DNA of 64,000 nucleotides from an uncultured bacterium (GTDB lineage: Bacteria; Zhuqueibacterota; QNDG01; DTFT01): assembly GCA_963736115.1 (NCBI GenBank), contig CAVTNR010000002.1:64001-128000 (forward strand). The letters are read 5' to 3'. Below are positions 38,169 to 44,472 of the stretch, one piece after another (the stretch's first letter is position 1; the number at the start of each line of letters is the position of its first letter). Made by a program: the position numbers and the translations under genes. The notes beneath the pieces are model-generated. The model was given only the letters and a program-made list of their open reading frames with translations. It had not been told where the DNA came from and ran no database searches.

Positions 38169-38746
38169 TGCCCCTCCTGCCCCGCATTCTCAACTGGTAC
38201 GCAGGCCGCCCATCGAGCCGGTCCCGGGAGATCATGGACCGGCTGGAACTGCGTCCGGGCCACTCCGTGGCCGACATCGGCGCCGGCGGGGGATACTTCA
38301 CGTACGAATTCGCGCGACGGGTGGGTCCGTCCGGCGCGGTTTACGCGGTGGACGTGAAAATCGCCTGGCTGGACGCCATCCGCAGGGAGTCCTTCCGGCG
38401 CGGCCTCCTTCAGGTCGTCCCCGTGTTCGTCCGCAGGGGCGACTTTGTCCTGCCCGAAGGGAAAATCGATCTGGTTTTCATGCGCGATGTGGTCCACCAT
38501 CTGCCCGATCCGGCCGCGGTCTTCAGTAAACTGCTCCACCACCTGTCCGCATCGGGACGTATCGCGATCGTCGATTTCAAGCCCGGAAAAAGCTTCGGAA
38601 GGGTTGGACACTGCGTTGATCCGAAGAAGCTCCGCTCCGACATGGACCGGTGGGGGTACCGGATGATCCATGACTTGGATTTCATCCCGAATCAGCATTT
38701 CCTGGTTTTCGAACCAAAGAAGAAAATGGAACACGGATTGAACTGA
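38168..38746 (+). CDS. Class I SAM-dependent methyltransferase
   Basis: VADIGAGGGYF, VYAVDV and DLVFMRDVVHHL motifs; TGATG overlap with the upstream gene. Confidence 0.85.
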   Translation: MPLLPRILNWYAGRPSSRSREIMDRLELRPGHSVADIGAGGGYFTYEFARRVGPSGAVYAVDVKIAWLDAIRRESFRRGLLQVVPVFVRRGDFVLPEGKIDLVFMRDVVHHLPDPAAVFSKLLHHLSASGRIAIVDFKPGKSFGRVGHCVDPKKLRSDMDRWGYRMIHDLDFIPNQHFLVFEPKKKMEHGLN

Positions 38747-38841
38747 TGAAGAAGAATGGAACGCGGACAGCGCGGACGTCATGGCGGCGCGGATTGACAC
38801 GGATAGACGGGCAATATGGTAATGCATTAATTGTAGGGCAT

Positions 38842-38893
38842 GTCATCCCCGCGGAAGTGTCTTTTTCATCCGCGTCAGCGGACGGGGATCCAG
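38842..38893. repeat. GTCATCCCCGCG-type REP with a 25-nt insert
   Basis: gtcatccccgcggaag[tgtctttttcatccgcgtcagcgga]cggggatccag. Confidence 0.75.
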
Positions 38894-39022
38894 AGCGGGG
38901 TGAGGGGCTGTTGAGTGGCTTTCTATAACAACTCCCCCGCAATCACATTGAAAACACAAGGGCCCGTCCCGGACATCGGAACAGGCCCCTTCCATTTTCT
39001 TGAATAGACAGACCGCCTCGCC

Positions 39023-39445
39023 TCACGGCGTCACTGGGGCGGACTCCATGACCGATTCCGGGACCCCCGCATACGCCCGCATCGTGCGGAGCAGGTCGTC
39101 GATTTCGGCCTGGGTGATCTGCTGATCCGACAGAACGGCGAAAACCCGTGCCCCCAGTAGCTGGACGTCGTCCGGCGTGATGCGGTTTTCGGAATACGCC
39201 CGCGCGAAGGCCTGGGCCGTCACCGCGATGTCGTCCTGCTTCTGCCCGATGTATTCCTTCGGAGCCGTGGCCACGGTTTTCTCTATCATCCGACTGACCT
39301 GCGGATACGCCACCTTCGTCATCACGGCCTGCGGATTTTTCATGACGTATCGCGCCGCAAGAATACCGGCAAGCGACAGAAGGAGGATGCCGGTGAAAAA
39401 TCCGACAAAGAACATGCCTGCTTTGGAAAAATGACCGTTGCTCAT
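39023..39445 (-). CDS. Hypothetical membrane-anchored protein
   Basis: RBS GAAAGGAAG; N-terminal TM (FFVGFFTGILLLSLAGILAA) and a helical C-terminus. Confidence 0.65.
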   Translation of the reverse strand: MSNGHFSKAGMFFVGFFTGILLLSLAGILAARYVMKNPQAVMTKVAYPQVSRMIEKTVATAPKEYIGQKQDDIAVTAQAFARAYSENRITPDDVQLLGARVFAVLSDQQITQAEIDDLLRTMRAYAGVPESVMESAPVTP

Positions 39446-39603
39446 TTTTCTTCCTTTCTGATGTAACAGAATGACTCTTCGGTGAACGCGGACCCGGTCC
39501 GCCGTGCTCCGTGCTCCGTGCGCATTGCGTATTGCGCTATGAGATATGCATGAATAATCCCGGCCTTCGGACGCCCTTCCGGGCCGGGCCTCCGGAAAAC
39601 CCC

Positions 39604-40617
39604 CTACCACACCCCGTCGATGACCGACGCGCATTTCGGGCACCGGCCCTCCCGGATGCGGTTCGCGGTCACCTGAAACCCCTCCCGCTCGACAAGAACT
39701 GCGTTGCATTTCCAGCAGAACGTGATCTCGCTCTCGTCCCCGGGCATGTTGCCGGCGTACCGGTACCGCAAACCCTCGCGGCGCCCGATCTCCAGCGCCT
39801 TGCGCACGGATCCGGCCGGCGTGGCCGGACGGTCCGTCATCCGGTACTGGGGAAAAAACCGGCTCACATGCCAGGGGATGGCCGGATCCACGGACCGGAT
39901 AAAACCCGCGATGTCGGACAGTTCGGACTCGGAATCATTGATCCCGGGGATGAGCAGGGTCGTGACCTCAACCCATACGCCGAGGGCCCGCATCAGCCGG
40001 ATGGCGTCCAGAACAGGTTTGAGCGTGGCCCCGCAGATCCGGCGGTATGTTTCTTCCCTGAACGACTTGATGTCCACGTTCGCGGCGTGCAGAACAGGAG
40101 CCGCGGCCCGTATTGATTCCTCGCTGAAATACCCGTTCGTGACAAAAGTATTGAAAAGGCCGCGCCTGGCGGCCAGGGTCGCAGTATCCAGGGCGTAATC
40201 GAAGAATACCGCGGGTTCCGTGTAGGTGTAGGAGAGGATGCGCGCCCCGGAAGCCACGGCCGCCTCGACGACCGCCTCAGGCGGGAAGTCGTGTCCTTCG
40301 TCCGGGATCCAGGCCCTTCCGCGCGGCGCCTGCGAGAGTTCCGAATTCTGGCAGTTCAGGCAACTCATGTTGCATCCCGCCGTGGCCACGGAAAACGCCT
40401 TCTCACCGGGATGGAAGTGGAAAAATGGTTTCTTCTCGACGGGATCCGTGTGCGCCGCGACGGCGCGGCCGTACACGAGGCTGAACAGGGCGCCATCGTG
40501 GTTTTCCATGACTCCGCAGACGCCCCGTTTTCCCTCCGCAATCACGCACCTGTGGGCGCAGGTGAAACAAGAGACGCGTCCGCCTTCCATCCGGGTGTAA
40601 TGTCGGGCTTCCTTCAT
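39604..40617 (-). CDS. amrS: AmmeMemoRadiSam system radical SAM enzyme
   Basis: CFTCAHRC..GVCG, DPVEKKPFFHF, GCNMSCLNCQN, YTYTEP, PWHVSRFFPQY and C-terminal CxxC pairs. Confidence 0.9.
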   Translation of the reverse strand: MKEARHYTRMEGGRVSCFTCAHRCVIAEGKRGVCGVMENHDGALFSLVYGRAVAAHTDPVEKKPFFHFHPGEKAFSVATAGCNMSCLNCQNSELSQAPRGRAWIPDEGHDFPPEAVVEAAVASGARILSYTYTEPAVFFDYALDTATLAARRGLFNTFVTNGYFSEESIRAAAPVLHAANVDIKSFREETYRRICGATLKPVLDAIRLMRALGVWVEVTTLLIPGINDSESELSDIAGFIRSVDPAIPWHVSRFFPQYRMTDRPATPAGSVRKALEIGRREGLRYRYAGNMPGDESEITFCWKCNAVLVEREGFQVTANRIREGRCPKCASVIDGVW

Positions 40618-40633
40618 TCCGGTCTCCGCCCGT

Positions 40634-41191
40634 TCAGGCGTCTCCTTCGGACGCCACCGTCAGATCCTTGAAACGTTTTTCGAAAACCTCGAAGGCGGCG
40701 CGATCGACGAGGCAGAAAACCACATGACCGATGGACCGGTGCGAACGGACGAATTCCAGGACGGTTCCGAGCATAACCGCGGCGCAGCGTTCCATAGCCA
40801 CGCCGAAGACGCCGGTGCTGACCGCGGGAAAGGCGACCGACCGGAGATTGTGCTTCTCCGCGGTTTCGAGGCAGGACAGCGTGGCCAGCCGGAGCTTGAT
40901 GTCCTCGTCCCCCTCGCCCATGCGCGGCCCGACCGTGTGAATGACGTACCGGGCCGCCAGTTTCCCGGCGCCGGTGATCGCGCAGGAGCCCGTGGGCACC
41001 GTGCCCCGGATCGTCACCCAGAGATCGCTCTCCTCCTGAATGGTCGGCCCGCCTTTCATGGCGATGGCGGCCGCCACCCCGCCGCCGTGGGAGAGCCGGG
41101 AATTCGCGGCGTTCACGATGGCATCGGTTTCCATTTCCGTGATGTCGCGGACCGCGATCTCCACGACCGTTTCACCGATGGTCCGCTTCAT
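40634..41191 (-). CDS. Macro domain (ADP-ribose-binding/YmdB-like) protein
   Basis: DAIVNAANSRLSHGGGVAAAI, VIHTVGP and AFPAVSTGVFG motifs. Confidence 0.9.
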   Translation of the reverse strand: MKRTIGETVVEIAVRDITEMETDAIVNAANSRLSHGGGVAAAIAMKGGPTIQEESDLWVTIRGTVPTGSCAITGAGKLAARYVIHTVGPRMGEGDEDIKLRLATLSCLETAEKHNLRSVAFPAVSTGVFGVAMERCAAVMLGTVLEFVRSHRSIGHVVFCLVDRAAFEVFEKRFKDLTVASEGDA

Positions 41192-41787
41192 GCCGGTTCC
41201 CCGGAACGGTTCCGGTTGCGGTCTTTCCGAACGCCCCTGCGGGAAGCCAGGTCCTCCGCCGTCCGCCAAACCCTCAGCACGGCCCATGCAATCAGAACGC
41301 CCGCCAGGAACCCGACCGCGACATCGGACGGATAATGAACGCCCACGACAATGCGCGAGAGACCGATGCAGAACGCGATGAAGGCAACGGGCCATCCCCA
41401 CCGGCCGTGTCGGACGCAGAACAGGCAGGCCATGGCCGCGGTGTTGGCGGCATGGGAGGAGGGAAAGGACCGGGAGTGCGGCTGGGAGATGAGAAGCCTC
41501 ACGTGTTCCAGCGTGTAGCACGGCCGGTCGCGGCCGACGAGCGGCTTGATGACGAAATTCACGATCTGGTCGGAGAAAACCAGAATGACCACCGCGAGCG
41601 CGGCCGTGATGCGCCCTTTTCTCCCGCCGAACACCACCAGCGCCAGAACGCCCAGGACAATGGGCGCGATCCAGTGCTCCTCTTCCGTAATGAACGGCAT
41701 CACGGCGTCGAGCACCGGATTCGCGATGTTCCGGTTCAGGAAATGAAAAACGGCCTTGTCGACGGAATACAGGAAATCGGCGATCAT
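41188..41787 (-). CDS. PAP2-family phosphatase (undecaprenyl-PP phosphatase-like)
   Basis: KPLVGRDRP, SFPSSH and SRIVVGVHYPSD motifs. Confidence 0.9.
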   Translation of the reverse strand: MIADFLYSVDKAVFHFLNRNIANPVLDAVMPFITEEEHWIAPIVLGVLALVVFGGRKGRITAALAVVILVFSDQIVNFVIKPLVGRDRPCYTLEHVRLLISQPHSRSFPSSHAANTAAMACLFCVRHGRWGWPVAFIAFCIGLSRIVVGVHYPSDVAVGFLAGVLIAWAVLRVWRTAEDLASRRGVRKDRNRNRSGEPA

Positions 41788-41863
41788 CAGGCTTTTCCCT
41801 GCCCCAGTGCTTGATAAATTCCCGACCTTCTAAAAAGAACCCCGCCGGAGGCCTGGCAGCTGA

Positions 41864-42117
41864 TTGAAGCTCCCCGCCGTCCCGCTGCGCGGGACCAAGC
41901 AATTAGATGCCTTCTGATTGAAGGCAAGCGGCGGGGAATCTTCTATCTGTAGAGAAGAAACATCTGAGATTCGCTCGCATAACCCCGCGGCCCCGCTGCG
42001 CGGGATCTAGCAATCATACTTACGAATTATTGAAGACAAGCCGCGGGCCTTCAACAAGAAAAGATCTTGTTGCTTGGTCCCGCGCAGCGGGGGAATACGC
42101 TCGCTGTCAGATTCAAC
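41864..42117 (+). mobile_element. Longest IS200/IS605-like palindromic element, carrying three 45-46 nt inserts
   Basis: TTGAAG left end, two ccccgcNg-caa-gcNgcgggg hairpins and a TTCAAC right end; inserts at 41880-41924, 41991-42036 and 42048-42092. Confidence 0.75.
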
Positions 42118-42173
42118 GGGGATATCGATCCTTCATAAATTAGCATTTGTTCGGGCGGGAGTCAACACATTCC

Positions 42174-43442
42174 TTACGCGAACACAACGCGCTTGTGACG
42201 TTTCTTGCCCGCAGACAGGACCAGGGCCCCGTCTTTCAAGTCCGCGGACGAGATCTCGAGGGAGGGGTCGCTCACGGGCCTGTCGTTGATGTAGGCGCCG
42301 CCGCCCTGGATGAGACGCCGGGCCTCGCCGTTCGAGGCGCACATTCCGGACTCCACGAACAGCTTCACCACCCAGAGCTTCTTGTCCAGGAGGGAGACGG
42401 GCAGGGTCACGGCAGGCAGTTCCGCCTGGCCGGACTCCACGCCGAGAATGCCGGACGATGTGGCGACCTTTTGTTCCGGGTCCGCGGAGCCGAACTGCGA
42501 GGTCATGGAGCGGTATGCGGCCACGGCCTGCTCACGTCCGTGGGACAGCCGGGTTGCTTCGTAAGCGAGAATCTCCTTGGCCCGGTTGACATTCTCCCCG
42601 GTCAGCCGCCGGACCTCGTCCATGGGGAGCCGCGTGAAGAGGCCGAGATACCGCTCGACATCCCGGTCGTCGGTGTTGCGGAAGTACTGGTAGAAGTCCA
42701 CGACGGGCGTGCGGGCCGCGTCAAGCCAGACGGCATTGCCCGCGGACTTGCCGAATTTTTCGCCCGACGCGGTGGTGATGAGCGGGAAGGTCATTCCGTA
42801 CACCTGGCGGTTGAGCTTGCGCCGCGTCAAGTCGGACCCCGCCACGATGTTGCCCCACTGGTCCTGGCCGCCCATCTGAAGCAGGCAGTCATGGTCGCGG
42901 GCCAGCACGTAGAAGTCGTACGCCTGAAGCAGCATGTAATTGAATTCGATGAAGGACAGCCCGGTCTCAAGCCGGAGCTTGACGCTTTCCGCCGTAAGCA
43001 TCTTGTTGATGCTGAAATGCACCCCCACGTCGCGCAGGAATTCGATGTAGTTCAGTGGAAGAAGCCAGTCCGCGTTGTTGAGCAGAAGCGCCCGGTCGGC
43101 GGTGAAGTCGAGGTACCGGGCGAACTGGCTTTTGATTTTCAGGCCGAACGCCTGGATCTTTTCGACGGTGAGCATCTGCCGCATTTCGGACTTACCGCTC
43201 GGATCGCCCACCATGGTCGTACCGCCGCCCAGAAGCGCGATCGGCCGATGGCCGCAGGACTGCATGTGGACCAGGGCCATGATGGGCACCAGACTGCCGA
43301 TGTGCAGGGAATCCGCGGTCGCGTCGAATCCGATATAGCAGGTCACGGGCTTCGAGCCGAGCATGGCGTCGAGGCCGTCGTCGTCGGTCGTCTGGTGGAG
43401 GAAACCCCGTTCTTTCAGGATGCGGAAGGCGTTGCCCGTCAT
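42174..43442 (-). CDS. tyrS: Tyrosine--tRNA ligase
   Basis: GFDATADSLHIGS, QAYDF, GGQDQWGN and KFGKS motifs; C-terminal S4 domain. Confidence 0.96.
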   Translation of the reverse strand: MTGNAFRILKERGFLHQTTDDDGLDAMLGSKPVTCYIGFDATADSLHIGSLVPIMALVHMQSCGHRPIALLGGGTTMVGDPSGKSEMRQMLTVEKIQAFGLKIKSQFARYLDFTADRALLLNNADWLLPLNYIEFLRDVGVHFSINKMLTAESVKLRLETGLSFIEFNYMLLQAYDFYVLARDHDCLLQMGGQDQWGNIVAGSDLTRRKLNRQVYGMTFPLITTASGEKFGKSAGNAVWLDAARTPVVDFYQYFRNTDDRDVERYLGLFTRLPMDEVRRLTGENVNRAKEILAYEATRLSHGREQAVAAYRSMTSQFGSADPEQKVATSSGILGVESGQAELPAVTLPVSLLDKKLWVVKLFVESGMCASNGEARRLIQGGGAYINDRPVSDPSLEISSADLKDGALVLSAGKKRHKRVVFA

Positions 43443-43485
43443 TCGGTCTCCGGTGTCATGAGTGATTTCCGAATCTACACTTCAT

Positions 43486-43668
43486 GTCATTCCCGCGAAA
43501 GTTTCATTTTGAATCCGCGTCAGCGGACGGGGATCCAGTCTTTGTATTACTTCTATAATAGCCTCGGCAGACCCTTCCCCCGCACCTGGACCTTCGGCCG
43601 CTTAAAAATCGCGGGCCTTCAATATATCGAGAATATAATCGCTTGGTCCCGCGCAAGCGGGGCATGAC
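43486..43668. repeat. REP pair: left arm with a 26-nt insert (43502-43527), right arm with a 47-nt insert (43616-43662)
   Basis: gtcattcccgcgaaag[ins]cggggatccag ... cgcggg[ins]catgac. Confidence 0.7.
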
Positions 43669-43719
43669 ATACCGTATTTGCTCATTAGAAACGGAGAAAT
43701 GTGATGAATCCTGCCTTCG

Positions 43720-44181
43720 TCACCCCTTCTTCCGCATCGCACGCTCGATGGCCCGCTTGGCGTCGCGCTCGGCCAGGTCTTCCCGGCGGTCGTACAGTTT
43801 CTTGCCGCGTCCCACCGCGAGCTCGACCTTGGCCTTGCCTCCTTTAAAATACACCTTCAGCGCCACCAAAGTCAATCCCTTTTCCTGTATCTTCCCGGTC
43901 AGTTTTCGGATTTCCTTGCGGTGCATCAGCAGTTTCTTCACGCGGAGAGGCTCGTGGTTGAACCGGCCGGCCTTCTCATAGGCGCTGACATGGAAATTAT
44001 ACAGAAAGACTTCGCCGTTCTCGATGCGGGCGTAACCGTCCTTGAGATTGGCGCCCCCGGCCCTGAGCGATTTGACCTCGGTGCCGTGCAGAGCCAGTCC
44101 AGCCTCGAAAGTGTCGAGGATGGTGTAATCATGCCTCGCCTTGCGGTTCTGTGTGACGATTTTTATATTGTCATCAGACAT
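43720..44181 (-). CDS. smpB: SsrA-binding protein
   Basis: NRKARHDY, EAGLALHGTEVKSLR and GRGKKLYDRRE motifs. Confidence 0.96.
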   Translation of the reverse strand: MSDDNIKIVTQNRKARHDYTILDTFEAGLALHGTEVKSLRAGGANLKDGYARIENGEVFLYNFHVSAYEKAGRFNHEPLRVKKLLMHRKEIRKLTGKIQEKGLTLVALKVYFKGGKAKVELAVGRGKKLYDRREDLAERDAKRAIERAMRKKG

Positions 44182-44211
44182 TCAGTCTAATCCTAAAAAT
44201 ATCAGCAGCTT

Positions 44212-44263
44212 GTCGTTCCCGCGAAAGTGTATTTTCCATCCGCGCCAGCGGACGGAGACCCAG
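44212..44263. repeat. GTCATCCCCGCG-type REP with a 25-nt insert
   Basis: gtcgttcccgcgaaag[tgtattttccatccgcgccagcgga]cggagacccag. Confidence 0.7.
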
Positions 44264-44307
44264 GGGTTAGGGAGGGGGGGTTATATGATACAACTCCGAC
44301 AAAACCC

Positions 44308-44336
44308 TTGACATTTCCCCCTGAAATCTTTATTTT
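44308..44336 (+). promoter_or_regulatory. Sigma-70 promoter of the tRNA gene
   Basis: TTGACA-17 nt-TATTTT just before the tRNA. Confidence 0.6.
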
Positions 44337-44345
44337 ACAGCCCTT

Positions 44346-44429
44346 GCCGAAGTGGTGGAATTGGCAGACGCGCTGCGTTCAGGGCGCAGTGTCCTTAAGG
44401 ACGTGTGGGTTCAACTCCCACCTTCGGCA
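44346..44429 (+). tRNA. tRNA-Leu(CAG)
   Basis: Acceptor stem GCCGAAG/CTTCGGC with discriminator A; D-arm GTGGAATTGGCAGACGC; anticodon arm CTGCG-TTCAGGG-CGCAG; long variable arm; GGTTCAACTCCC. The CCA end is not fully encoded. Confidence 0.95.
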
Positions 44430-44435
44430 CCCTTG

Positions 44436-44465
44436 GCCCCGGGCTTTCAGTCCGGGGCTTTTTTT
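44436..44465 (+). terminator. Rho-independent terminator after the tRNA
   Basis: gccccgggc-tttca-gtccggggc followed by a T run. Confidence 0.75.
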
Positions 44466-44472
44466 ATCGTCC

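Noticed and set aside
36836-38746. 636-aa ORF suggesting a long methyltransferase fusion
   Set aside because: The N-terminal part is an off-frame overlap of the ABC permease; the real gene starts at ATG 38168.
40634-41902. 422-aa ORF suggesting an extended macrodomain protein
   Set aside because: The upstream part overlaps the PAP2 gene in another frame; the macrodomain starts at 41191.
41864-42117. ATTGAAG-ended repeats with variable spacers as a mini CRISPR array
   Set aside because: The copies are dispersed, in mixed orientation and nested in other hairpins. The variable parts are only 16-17 nt and there are no cas genes in the window.
44346-44470. tRNA-Leu and smpB as an integration site or tmRNA locus
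   Set aside because: There is no integrase, no duplicated tRNA 3' end and no recognisable ssrA; the flanks are core genes.
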